Positions 37,357 through 49,622 of a stretch of DNA of 64,000 nt are shown here, in pieces. Position 1 is the first letter of the stretch; every line of letters begins with the position of its first letter. The notes below the pieces were generated by a model, which was given only the letters and a program-made list of their open reading frames with translations, did not search any database and was not told the DNA's origin. The DNA lies in contig NC_058368.1 in assembly GCF_018350175.1 (NCBI RefSeq), positions 186,870,001-186,934,000 on the forward strand, written 5' to 3'. A program made the translations under genes and the position numbers. Source of the stretch: Felis catus. Lineage: Eukaryota.

Positions 37357-38586
37357 CACAAATAATTCTATTGATTATCTATTTCCATAAAACAAATAGG
37401 TCAGGTGGTCCATACTTGGCTGATGTTCAGAATTACCTAAGGAACGTATTCACATACTCAGTGTTCCTGATTCCCATTACTGAAGGTTATAATTCAGCAG
37501 ATTTTTCCTCCCTAGCAGGGTCACAGTTAAGTCCAGTTATTTAGTAGCTCGCCGTCAGGTTGTGCAGGCAAATCATCAGCACAGATGGGGTGGTTTCTCT
37601 CCATGGTCCTGAAAAATTCAGGGGAGCTGAATTCCAACTCATGTTAAGATAGAAGTAAGTACTGTGCTCTAATCAAAATAATCAATAGGTTACAGTGTAG
37701 ATAAAATAAGTGTGAACATTTTATAGGTTTATAGGTAACAAAATATTAGTGATAAAAATAAATGCATTAAATATTTCTCTATTTAGAACAATAATTTAAT
37801 TAATTTAATCTCTGGTGTAATGATGTCCAGTGCCATTTGCCTATTTCAAATAAATATAATTCCTACTATATTTACTACCTTGAGGAAAAGTCTGATTGAT
37901 GCTTAAAAAACAACTAAAAATCTCTATATCCATCCTTGAAAATTCAATGGGAAGTGTTAAGAGATTTACTGGCCTAATCTGCCTTATTTTTTTTATCTCA
38001 TACATTATAATAAAAATTAACTTTCCCCCAAATTACCTAATAATTTTAAGTGTGAGAATTTCTGTGTAATTAAAGTAGTTTCCCTATTCCAACAGTGTGT
38101 AGCAGTTAAGGGTGTAGACTCCGGAGCTAGACTGCTTGAGTTGGAAATCCAACTCCAATGTTTACTATCTATGTGAATTTAGCTAAAGCTATCATCCTCT
38201 CTGTGCAAGTTCCTTTTAAGCAAATTGGGAGTAAGAATAGTATATATCATATTTACTGATTATTGTACATATTTAATGAATTAATACATGTACAAATACC
38301 TGTAAACCTGTTACGTAGTAAGCATTCAAAAATTTGGCCATTAACTCCAGTATGTTTCCTACTACGCATCACAGACAACAATCAGCAAATTACTTAACTC
38401 ATGCTTTTACATGTCATCCCTTTATATAACATAAATACAAAGTGCATAAGATACATTTCAATTATAATACCATTTTAGTAACCTTTGATACTACAATATA
38501 CACTTATGAAGCAAGGGTCTTCTTATTGTTCACTGCTAATGCTTACCACAAATAATTCTATTGATTATCTATTTCCATAAAACAAA
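37355..38586. repeat. Perfect 42-bp direct repeat, copies at 37355-37396 and 38545-38586
   Basis: accacaaataattctattgattatctatttccataaaacaaa is identical at both sites. Confidence 0.95.
38090..38345 (+). mobile_element. MIR
   Basis: gtgtgtagcagttaagggtgtagactccggagctagactgcttgagtt...tagtaagcattcaa. Confidence 0.8.
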
Positions 38587-39010
38587 CTATCCTAAAGCTT
38601 CATAGCTTTTAAAAAACAGTTTATTATTTTCCATAATCCTGGCTATTGGTTGAGCAGTCTCACCTGGGATCACTCATGAGTGCAATCTGTTAGAGAATCA
38701 ACTGAGGGCTGGACTCTGTTGAGATAACTGGGACATCTGGATATCTCCATGTGGCCATCCTCCCAACTTTCATCATGGAATGATAGCCTCAGGACATCAT
38801 TCTGAGAGTGTGAAAACAAAACCTGCAAAGCTTCATATGATCCAGCTTTAGAAGTCATCTGCAACATTCTTTTGACCAAAGTAAGTCACAAGGCCAGCTA
38901 TGTAAAGTTGGGAAAACTATGCTCCACAAATTGATGGGATTAGCTTCAGAGTTATGTTGCAAAACATGGGAGGAATTGTCGCAGCTATGTTTGAAAATGA
39001 TCTGTCTCAT
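38558..39010 (-). mobile_element. MaLR LTR (MLT1F/G-like)
   Basis: tattgattatctatt...aaacaaactatcc...ctccatgtggcc...cattcttttgaccaaagtaagtcacaaggccagc. Confidence 0.7.
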
Positions 39011-39183
39011 TACCTGTTGTTATTACTAATATTGTAAATGAGTGAAATGGGAAAAAGGAAGTTACTTTTCTCAGTTCTTTTTCATGTATTATGAAAATTT
39101 TATTTTTATTTTGATCTTATGACTTTTCTCTGAAGAGATAACATTAAGTGTAGATTTACAGATTAGGAAACAGGTTTAGAGAA

Positions 39184-39232
39184 GTTATCACTGTTATCAC
39201 CTGTTATCACTGTTATCACTCCTGTTATCACT
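39184..39232. repeat. Five tandem copies of GTTATCAC (9-12 bp period)
   Basis: Copies start at 39184, 39193, 39203, 39212 and 39224. Confidence 0.95.
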
Positions 39233-40934
39233 CCTTGCCACTTAATATAAAATACTCCTTCATAGAATTCTGTCTTAAACTGTAGGGCACTACAGTAAGA
39301 GGGTCTTAGTTGTTTAGAATTAAGATGACCAAAAAAAGCTTATTAGAGGGACAAGAGCAAGCACATGGGTGATTAAGGAAACAGTCTTCCCAGAATTCCT
39401 CCCTAGAATACACTCTGTTTTTTAGCATAAAGAAGTATTGATTGGGAGGAAACCCAATATTAAAAATTGGGGTTATAAAACCATTGCTATCAGCCTCAAA
39501 GATCAGAAGGCTTAAGATTCATAAGGGATTCAGAAAGTTTAGACGTTTGTTGATTAAAAACTTCATGTTCTAATTAAGAGTTGGCTTTTCTCAGAACAAG
39601 CTGACTCTCAAGGACTCAGATGTTAAGGCAAGTCAGTGTGGAAACAGAAGTTGCAGAGATATTGGAGGTTATAAATGCTAATAACATATTTTCACCAGAG
39701 TCTTTGCCATGGAGTTGAATAAGTATGTTGCTGGAAAAAAAAAAAAAAAAGAAGATTGTTTTTCATTATCCAAATGGTTTGTTGTCAATAACAAATACAG
39801 TGTTTTAAGATATGGCCCTTTATGTCACACAGGCAGGGTAAAATTAAGATCATTTATGTGCTAAGCCAAAGAGGAAGATCAGTGATAAAAACTTTTGGTC
39901 CCGTCAAAGAGACCAGAGTGATGTTTCTGAAGGAGGAGCAAGTTCATAGAATCCCCTACTCTGATGTTCTTGGGGACAGCAATCACATTGAACACATAGA
40001 TATTTCAATGCCACAGAGGCCTAACTGTTTTAATTATTATGCAGTAGAATTAAATTAATGGAAACCACACTGGAAAAGAAAGATAATTTATTTTCAGTCA
40101 TGAGAGATGTCTAGTGTCTCTTGGGAATGGAATTACTTAGAAAAACAAATGAAATTTAATATGGTAGCCTTATCATATAAGTTTAATTTAGACCTATAAT
40201 TTAATTGAGTCGACTGTTACCAAGCTTATTCAGCTTGGGCACACAACAGCTTCAGTGGCAATTGGTCAATTTTTCCACACCACTCTTGTTCAGAACAGGA
40301 TCCTATTCAAAGTCTCTGAGTCTCCCTTTTACACTCACCAAGCTCATTTGCTTCTATATTTTGTGGATGCAATTAACTAGCATTAGAAAACCCTGATTAA
40401 AGCATTATGATTAATTCAAGCATATTCATTTCCACTTCATCAGTTCTGTTCATTTGAATCTGTACTCAATGCCTCTTTTTAGCCACTGCTCCTTTATTTA
40501 AATAAAAAAATCAAAATATCTTCTCCATGCCAGTACCAGAGAAAGAGAAAACTGGGGAGCCATAGGGTTGTATTTTGATATATTTGCATGTTCTTCCAGA
40601 GCTGGCTGGCTATAAATTTATTTATGTTAAAAACATTTTTAGACTTGAGTTTTATATCAAATGTGAATTTCAAAGGAAATCTAAGCAGAACATTTCTCCC
40701 TCATTGAAGTATCAAGTATCAAAATTATATTTGATGTCCAAGGAACTCATAAAGCCTTCAGTTTCCTTTGAGAAAAGAAGGGCATGATTTTCTACTCTCA
40801 GAAAGGATTTAAAGTCTAAATTTCCATATTTTCTTCACAAACACTCTCCTCTGCTTTGACTGTTTCCCCCCACCCAGCTCTCCTCTCTTTCTTTATGTTT
40901 TTTCCTATTTCCGAATTCCTTATACTTCTTCATT

Positions 40935-41690
40935 GAAGTCACTCTGCACCTGTATGTTACCATCTATCCCCAAAGAAGAAGATAAATTTGTCTACTGATA
41001 AAGTACTGAGGACTTAACTGAAAATGGATCTGATGAGATGACCTTGAGAAAAATAAAGAATCCAGAAAATGAGTTCACCCACTAACAAATGCATGGGGAT
41101 AGGAAAACTTCAGCTATATTTTTCATTTATATTAATCCCTTACTAATCTTCTCACTCCACTGTGCCATGATAAACCACATTTAAGTTGGCACATGTTTGT
41201 TACACTCTGAAAATGTGGCATTTTGAGAAGCCAGTAATTGACAATACTGTGAAGATAATGCTCAGGGCATTTTAAACACTGAAGAAACTATTCACTCAAA
41301 ATTTACTCCTCCTGATACTACTGTTAACTCTCCACTTCTACCAAGAAGATTTAAAATGATTGAGGGAGGAAATTATACCAGAGAAGTAGCAAAATTGAAA
41401 ATTGGCCTGGTCATGACCACATGTCCTGGTATGTGCTATTAAACATCTAGAACATTTTAGTAAATAGATAACATAACTATCGCATCATATTGTCACTTTG
41501 TAACTTCTGTTAGTTCCAGAAATGGAAACAGACCATGAAAGAAGGTAGGTTGATACCATCAAAACCATGAAACCCAATTGAATAGGCCATCTGAAAGTGA
41601 TTTCAAGAAAGAAAATTTAGAGATATGCTTCAATCAAAGGCATATGCTTATATGTGTGAGCACAGGGGCAAGAGTGCCTCAAAAGACTTT
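40935..41690 (+). mobile_element. Ancient mariner-type (Tc1/mariner, DD34D) transposase fossil, frameshifted and stop-ridden
   Basis: Manual translation gives collinear mariner-like motifs: DLEKNKESRK*VHP (41040-41081); VKIMLRAF / NTEETIHSKFTPPDTTVNS / HFYQEDLK*LREEI (41249-41374); NWPGHDH (~41400-41420); CNFC*FQKWKQTMKEGR / DTIKTMK (41499-41572). Confidence 0.75.
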
Positions 41691-42039
41691 ATCATTTAAA
41701 TAACTATTCTTTTAAAAATATTATTTCTATAATTCATGCACCAACATGTTTTATGCCATTGAACAATTTCAGGAGATGGTAATCTATGTTGTAAAATGTT
41801 AAGGTGTTACTAGGCCTGCTGAATCTCTCAATAGAAGGCTATATTGTCCCAAATCACCTATATCTAGGATCTGGAAGGAAAACAAACATTTTTGTTAGGC
41901 TAGAACACAATGCCATCAAAGAGGCAGTATTATGTAATTTTATTATATATTATTGTATTAATGTACTATAGTACTTTATACAGAGAGAAGGAAAGAGGGA
42001 CAGAAGGAATTATTATGAACCAACTGGAATATATTCATA

Positions 42040-42280
42040 AGATTTATCAGTTATTATCCACTCCCATATAAGAGTGAGTTTCTGAGAGAAAATTGAGCTA
42101 GAAGAGAATTCAAACTCTGCCTCTTAACTCTCCCAATGGTCTTGAGTAACAGGATGATTCTGAATATCAACATTCTCATCTGGAAAATGGGCATGCATGA
42201 AACAGACTTAAAGTCCCCATGAGCATCATCATAGAGATCTAAATGAGACAATAGCTGTAAAGTATTTTATAAAAGTTCAG
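42040..42280 (+). mobile_element. MIR
   Basis: gaattcaaactctgcctcttaact...tcttgagtaa...ctcatctggaaaatggg...taaatgagacaatagctgtaaagta. Confidence 0.7.
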
Positions 42281-42406
42281 CATGGTCTTCTCTTGTATGA
42301 GGGTTAAGTTCTAAAATCAATACAGGAAGTGAAAATCAGTTAAAGTCAAAATTACCTGTGGGGAAAAAATGTCCTTGAAATATTCCTTAAAATATAGGAT
42401 TTACAG

Positions 42407-42507
42407 TAGCTTTGCCAAAATTAGCAAAACAAACATACACTAATTTTTTTTTGTTAATCTGCAATTCAACTTAAATCAGGTATCTTACACTTTATTTGGC
42501 AACCCTA
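42407..42507. mobile_element. MER53-like hAT MITE with internal deletion
   Basis: Inverted ends tagctttgccaaaattagcaaa and atttggcaacccta. Confidence 0.55.
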
Positions 42508-44019
42508 ATTCATGTCCACCCTCACATGCCATAAGAGAGCTAATGCAATCATCTCTAGTCCAATATAGGTGGCTTTCCTCCAGTCTTGGAACTGTTTCTT
42601 CACTGGAGAACCAGGTGGAGGAAATTGGCCAAGAGCCAGACTGTATAAAAAATTTCACCTTTAAGTAGCAGACTCACACTCAGTGAGGTGAGGACTTATA
42701 CACAGAGGCATAAAAGACCTGAGAGGAAAGAAAAAGCAAATTTATTTCTCTTGCCTCCTTCTCCCTTTAGTGCAAATGTTTAATGATGGAAGGGAAGATT
42801 GAGCTACATTTTCTCTTGTGCTTTGGTTTGGGCAAGTCAGTAAAATTAATATAACCTAATGTACAACATAAGTGTTGTATAAAGTGCTATACAATATGAG
42901 AAAACATTACTGCAGTAACTACTAATGAAAAATCCTATGTGTAACTTCCAAAGGAAGAGAAACTTGGTTTTAAACTTAAGACACATTTTGGTGACCTTTG
43001 GTCCATCTTGAAAGCCTCTCAATACCATATCTGTTTCATTCCAACAAAGTTATAATTACCATCTGGAGACTTGCTAGCTCTGTACTTTATGGCAGAATTT
43101 TATGATATAAAGAATGTTCCACAATGAACATGAAGATCTTCACACGTCCTCATTATCACAAAGTTGGAAAACCACATCAAGCATGTCTATTCATCACCCT
43201 GACAGCCTGCCATCAAAAATGAACCCTTGAAATAGAATTTTAGTATATATACCATGGAGATAGCAAAATGTCCTTTTCAGTACCCAAGTAATCGATTATC
43301 AAATAATCTATTACAATCTACAAATACGGTAAAATGAGATATCTTCATAAAGATGTTCACTACTATTGTCACTTGTTCAAAAAAATCCCCTATCTTTTGA
43401 AACCAAATAATTGCAATTAAGGGCTCATTGAAACATGGATAAAATGTTATTAAAATTAATAGTGTAGCTATAGAAAAATATGAGATCTCTAATTTTTAGA
43501 TTTTTTTGCAAAAATCTGAATTATTTTATTTAAATTTCAAAATATTTATTATACATTTTAAAAACGTTATTCTTGCAAATTACCAAAATAATGTGTTCTA
43601 TGTCAGATTTTTTTTATTTGATTCTACTTATGCCTACACATGCTATCTATTGTCAAAATATCCGCAACAGCTGTGGTGGTTTCCATTAAGGGAATCCCCA
43701 ACAATTGAAAAGCTGCCATGATCTGAAAAGTGCCTTATTATCATTTCCATTCCAAAGTTAGTTAGGTTCCTGTTTTATCCCTGCCCAGTAAGGCAGCAAG
43801 TAGCTGGAGCTGTGTCAGTGTATTGTGAATAAGGGGGTCACTTAAAGCAGCTCCAGAGAACATATAGCTGTGGCTATATGTTTCTTGAAATTTAACAAAG
43901 TTAAGTGATTTGCATCCTAATTGTTGGATTTTTCCAGGAACTAAATATATATAGTGAATTTCCCAATATCTTTCAAATAGATCTTCCTTCCTTCCTACCT
44001 CTCTCCCTCTTTCTTTCTT

Positions 44020-44216
44020 TTTTTTTTTTATTTTTCTAAGTGTATTCATTCATTTTGAGAGGGACATAGACAGCGCACTATCAGGGGAGGGGCAGAGAGA
44101 AAGGGAAAGAGAGAGAATCCCAAGTAGTCTCTCTGTGTACCCACGAAACTGTGAGATCATGACTTGAGCCAAAGCCAAGAGTCAGACACTTAACTGAATG
44201 AGCCACCAGACGCCCC
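44020..44216 (-). mobile_element. CanSINE with an internal deletion (B-box region missing)
   Basis: Antisense SINE ending ...gagccaccagacgcccc, with TSD tctttctttctt. Confidence 0.88.
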
Positions 44217-44896
44217 TCTTTCTTTCTTAATCATGAATGTATGTAAGCTATCCAAGGGATAGAAACCATAGGAATGGGTGATGATTGGCAGATTCAGACA
44301 TTTCAGAGAACTATAAGAGAGTATGTAGTATAAATAAATATCCCTTGTGCTGATAGCAGGGCAGGAAAGTATATGCAGAAGATATAAGGAAGCAGGGTGG
44401 TTTCCATCTGGTAGTTTCTCCTGACTTTTCCTCATCATATACAAATCCCCAGGTTTCAGAATATTCTAAGGTTTTGAGTTATTTTGATATCCTGTTTCTG
44501 CTCTATAAAACTTCTTCTCACTCCCCCACTGCTTCTGTGCAAAGATAATTGATAAACCAATCATTGAATCAGAAATAAGAGTATGTTGCTTTGAGCTCAT
44601 CTTCACTTCTCTGGACCTTCCACTTATATAGAATGAAAGAGGAAGGGAAGTGCTGGACTGCCTCCCAAATTCTCTTTCATTTCTAACATTCTCCAAAGAA
44701 AATTGTTAAAGTTGGTTCAAAATTATATGCTCTACTCTCTGAAATGTTTGAGACTAGATGGTGTAACAGATAAACTTGAGCAAACATTTTAGCAGAAGCA
44801 AAACTAAGCCTGTGGGTTTAAATCAAAACAGTACTTTTACTCTTTCAGGAACTATGCCAATGTGATCAGAATGCTGCTAAAGAATCAGTAACATTT

Positions 44897-45060
44897 GGGG
44901 TGCCTGGGTGGCTCAGCCTGTTAAGCATCTGATTCTTTATTTTGGTCCAGGTCATGATCTCATGGTTCATGAGATCAAGCCCCCATGTTGGGCCCTATGC
45001 TGACAGCACAAAGCCTGCTAGGGATTCTCTCTTTCCCTCTCTCCTTGCTTCTCTTTCTCT

Positions 45061-45102
<42 letters not shown>

Positions 45103-46188
45103 AATAAAGAACTGTTGGGACCTCATCAAGATAAAAACTTCTGCACAGCAAAGGAAACAATCAACAAAACTAAAAGGCAACTGAGGGAATGGGAGAAGAT
45201 ATTTGCAAATGATATATCAAATAAGGGGTTAGTATCCAAAATCTATAAAGAACTTACCAAACTCAACACTTGAAAAACAAATAATCCAGTGGAGAAATAG
45301 GAAGAATACATGAGTAAACACTTTTTCAAAGAAGACATCCAGATGGCCAACATACACTTGAAAAGATGCTCAATATCACTCATCGTCAAGGAAATAGAAA
45401 TCAAAACCACATTGAGATACCACCTCATGCCAGTAAGAGTGGCTAAAATTAACAACTCAGGAAACAACAGATATTGGTGAGGATGTGGAGAAATGGGAAC
45501 TCTTTTGCACTGCTGGTGGGAATGCAAACTGGTGCAGCCACTCTGGAAAACAGTGTGGAAGTTCCTCAAAAAACTGAAAATAGAATTACCCTACGACCCA
45601 GCAATAGCACTACTAGGAATTTATCCAAAGGATACAGGAGTGCTGATTCACTGGGGTGAATACACCCCAATGTTTATAGCTGCACTATCAACAACAGCCA
45701 AATTATGGAAAGAGCCCAAATGTCTATCAACTGATGAATGGATAAAGAAGATGTGGTTTATATATACACTGGAATACTACTTGGCAATGAGAAAGAATGA
45801 AATCTTGCCATTTACAACAACATGGATGGAACTGGAAGGTATTATGCTAAGTGAAATAAGTCATTCAGAAAAAGACAAATATCATATGTTTTCACTCATA
45901 TGTGGACCTTGAGAAACTTAATAGGAGACCACAGGGGAAGGGAAGGGGTAAAAATAGTTTCAAACAGAGAAGGAGGTAAACCATAAGAGACTCTTAAATA
46001 CAGAGAACAAACTGAGGGTTGATGGGGGAGCAGAGGGGAGGGGAAAAATAGGTGATGGACATTGAGGAGGGCACTTATTGGGATGAGCACTGGGTATTGT
46101 ATGTAAACAATGAATCATGGGAATCAACTCCCTAAGCCAAGAGCACAATTTATACACTGTATGTTAGCTAACTTGACAGTAAATTATA

Positions 46189-46243
<55 letters not shown>

Positions 46244-46304
46244 GCAAATTCAGATAAAAATGACACTACCCAGAGAACAAGAAAAGAATAAATAAACATT
46301 AAAA
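44897..46304 (+). mobile_element. CanSINE (body 44897-45108, tail remnant 46293-46304) split by an L1
   Basis: Outer TSD aaagaat(c/t)agtaa(c/a)attt at 44879-44896 and 46305-46322. Confidence 0.9.
45109..46283 (+). mobile_element. 5'-truncated feliform L1 (ORF2 C-terminus, 3'UTR, extra 3' segment) nested in the SINE tail
   Basis: ORF 45493-45912 ([21 protein letters not shown]...KDKYHMFSLICG) is the L1 ORF2 C-terminal region. Inner TSD aagaataaa at 45100-45108 and 46284-46292. Confidence 0.95.
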
Positions 46305-46718
46305 AAAGAATTAGTAAAATTTTATGAAGAACCAAAAGAACCTTCTTTTTTCACAGACCCAAAATGATACCATATCTTAGGCTGAAGTAGTTGATCTTAT
46401 TTTCTCATTGCAACAGCCACCAAAAGGGGTGTGTGTGTGTGTGAAGAGAGAGAGAAAGAGAGGTTAAAAGTTACTGATGAAGTTTCTTATTTGCCAGTTT
46501 ACTTTCATCACATCTTAATGAATCAAGAGACTCAAATGACTCAGAGTCTCCATGGTCAGTTCGCTTTTCCACTGCTCTAACTTGTTTTACATTTCAGCAA
46601 TCATTTAATGCTTAGTAAAAACATTTACACCTTTTGCTTGCAATTGTTGATTTAAAGTGTATAGGCTTGAGAAACCATCTACTTCATAAACCAATTCTGC
46701 AAGGTTCTCTCGATTATT

Positions 46719-46940
46719 TTTTTTTTAATTTTTTTTTCAACGTTTATTTATTTTTGGGACAGAGAGAGACAGAGCATGAACGGGGGAGGGGCAGAGAGAG
46801 AGGGAGGCACAGAATCGGAAACAGGCTCCAGGCTCTGAGCCATCAGCCCAGAGCCTGACGCGGGGCTCGAACTCATGGACTGCGAGATCGTGACCTGGCT
46901 GAAGTCGGACGCTTAACCGACTGCGCCACCCAGGCGCCCC
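46719..46940 (-). mobile_element. Young felid SINE (SINEC_Fc-like)
   Basis: Full-length antisense copy. 17-bp TSD aggttctct(c/t)gattatt at 46702-46718 and 46941-46957. Confidence 0.96.
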
Positions 46941-48963
46941 AGGTTCTCTTGATTATTAAACTGAAAAAAATTACCCATTCCTGTTCCTTTCTCTTTGTTT
47001 TGTGATCCATTTTATTTCTTCTAAAGAAAAGCAAATTCAATCCCGATGTTTACACTCACCAGCTCCTTCTGCTGGCCTAGGCAGAAAATAATTGTGGAAA
47101 GATGAGGTCTTTGGTTATAATTTTTCTAAAAAGACTCATATTCAAAATATGGTTTAAAATTATTTCAGAGTATCCCATTGTACACACTAAAATATTTAAA
47201 AAGGAAACTCAAGCAGTGAAGTCTATGGGTGAATTCAGAAAGCCTAGAAACCATGATCAAGTTACCCACTCTAATTATGTAGCCTGTTAACAGCTTGGCT
47301 TCATTTACTCATGTCTAGTCAGCTTTCCCAGTCAATCACATATGCACTAAAATGTTTATATTTCAGGCTGGAAATATTTTCAATAATTATCTTATCATGA
47401 ATCACTTTGAAAATTAACATAATTTCAGACTTCATCACTCTAAGACTACTTATGACACCTTTATAAAATGACAAAATGACAAAATTATGAAGACACTTAT
47501 TTTCTTATTTTAAGTAATAGTTAAGGAAAGAATTAGGTAAACTTCGGCCTCCCAAACCGTTGATGAAGTATATTCTATATTGTGTGCATGTTGGAATGTG
47601 CCATTTAATAGTTGAAGTAAGTGAATCTTTTCAAGATTAGCTACTACCTTTCAACCCAAACTTCTACCAAGCAGAACATTGACAAATTTTGTCCTATGTA
47701 GTCATCATCACATTTTTAAATGATTAGGAAATAAATGGATAATATGTATTTTTTTTTTAATTTTGAGTTACTTTTAGTTTAACTGTTTTCAGGCAAGACA
47801 TTTCTGGTAAGATCTAATATTATATGAATGGATTTTCTTTTCTTTTTTTTTTTTTTGTTTTTTTTTACGTTACAGATTGAATGTATATACAAAATAACAT
47901 TTATAATATGTTGCAAATTATATAGAATAATAATAATTCAAACACCTATATACCCACCACCCATTTAAGAGTCAAAACATTACAACTGCATATAAGCCTT
48001 ATCTTATTTTCTCGTCACAACCACCTAAGTTAATCATTGTCCTGGATTTCACTTCTGTTATTCCATGACTTTATGTTTTAAAATGTTTAAAAATGTTTCC
48101 TTGTATGTACATCACCAAACAACAGATTATTTAATTTTTCATGTTTTTGAAATTGAGGCACATGGAATAATACTGTAGGAATTCTTTAGTAACTCATTCT
48201 TTTATCTCAATAGTATATTCTTGAGATTTATCCATGTTGATGGATACAACTTTAACTCACTTGTCTTCAATCCTGTCTAGAATTAATTTAATAGACACCA
48301 TTTAAGTTTTCCATTTTCTTTTCACTCAGTGTGTGGATTGTTCCACCTTTTTCTGCTATTGCAATGAACATACTTGAGCATAATTCCTTAACGTATATGC
48401 AAGATTTCTCCAAAAATTACTGGTTTGTGGTGAATAGCTATTTCAGTTTCACAAAACATTGCCAAATTGTTTCCAAAATAGTTGTGCTAATTTATATTAT
48501 TAATAATGCCATCAGGGTATGAGCAATCCCACTGCTCCACAATCTTGCCAATACTTGTGATGCCCAACTTGTCAATTTGCCTGTCTGATAGGTGTAAAAC
48601 AGAAGTTCATTGTCATTTCCATTTGTATTTTGAAGATTGCTGAGATGTTGAACATATTTTCATGTATTTATCAGCCATTTTTGTTTCTTCTATAAAGTGT
48701 CTCTTAAGTCCTTTATCAATTTGGTTGGGTTATTTGCTTTTTTCTTGTTAATTTGTAGAATTTCATAACATATTCAGGGAAAAAATTACTTTATTATAAA
48801 TCTCCTTACACCAGCTAATTTGTATTTTAGCATTTCTTATCATATCTTTGATGAATATACATTTTATTGTTGATGAAGTTAAATTCGTCAGTCTTTTACA
48901 ATTGCATTTTTTGTGTTTTGTTAAGATGCTTACTTAGCCCTAGATTATAAGATATTCTTCTGT

Positions 48964-49182
48964 GGGCGCCTGGGTGGTTCAGTTAGTTAAGCGTCCGACT
49001 TTGGCTCAGGTCATTATTTCAGGATTTGTGGGTTGGAGCCCCACACTGGGCTCTGTGGTTACAGCTCAGAGACTGGAACCTGCCTCAGATTCTGTTATCT
49101 TTCTCTCTTTGCCCTTCCCCCACTTGCATTCTGTCTCTCTCTATCAAAATGAATGAATAATGAATAAATGTTAAAAAAATTT
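48964..49182 (+). mobile_element. Feliform CanSINE
   Basis: 16-bp TSD taagatattcttctgt at 48948-48963 and 49183-49198. Confidence 0.93.
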
Positions 49183-49622
49183 TAAGATATTCTTCTGTAT
49201 TTTCTCCTATAAGCTTTAACATTTGCCTTTAAAGTTGAATTTTTGTATGATGTGATTTGAGAGTTCAACTCTTTCCTTTTGGATAACAAACTGTTCCACC
49301 ATTGTTTTTTGAGTACTTCATTCTTTCCCCATGATGTGTAAACTCCATTTTTGTCATACTTAAATTTCCTTATATGAAATCCTATGTCTGGACTTTTGTT
49401 ATGTTTGATTGATCTATTTCTCATGCTCCACTACAATAGTGTTATGTGAAGACTTAAAGTTTAGTTATAAGTCTTCATTTCTACAAGCATCGTTGTCCCA
49501 CTTTATTCATCTTCAGAAATACTTTGGCAGTCTTCTGATCCTTTATTCTTATATATAAATCTCATAATCAACTTATCCAGTAAAACAAAACGTGTTGTTG
49601 GGATTTTGATTAGAATTACATT

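Noticed and set aside
45243..46157. ORFs of 61-139 aa as host genes
   Set aside because: They are L1 ORF2 C-terminal remnants or alternative and antisense frames of the same L1. The same applies to 15600-15815 and 25788-26625.
47044..47054. tgtaaacatc on the minus strand, resembling the miR-30 5' end
   Set aside because: The match stops after 10 nt and there is no precursor hairpin.
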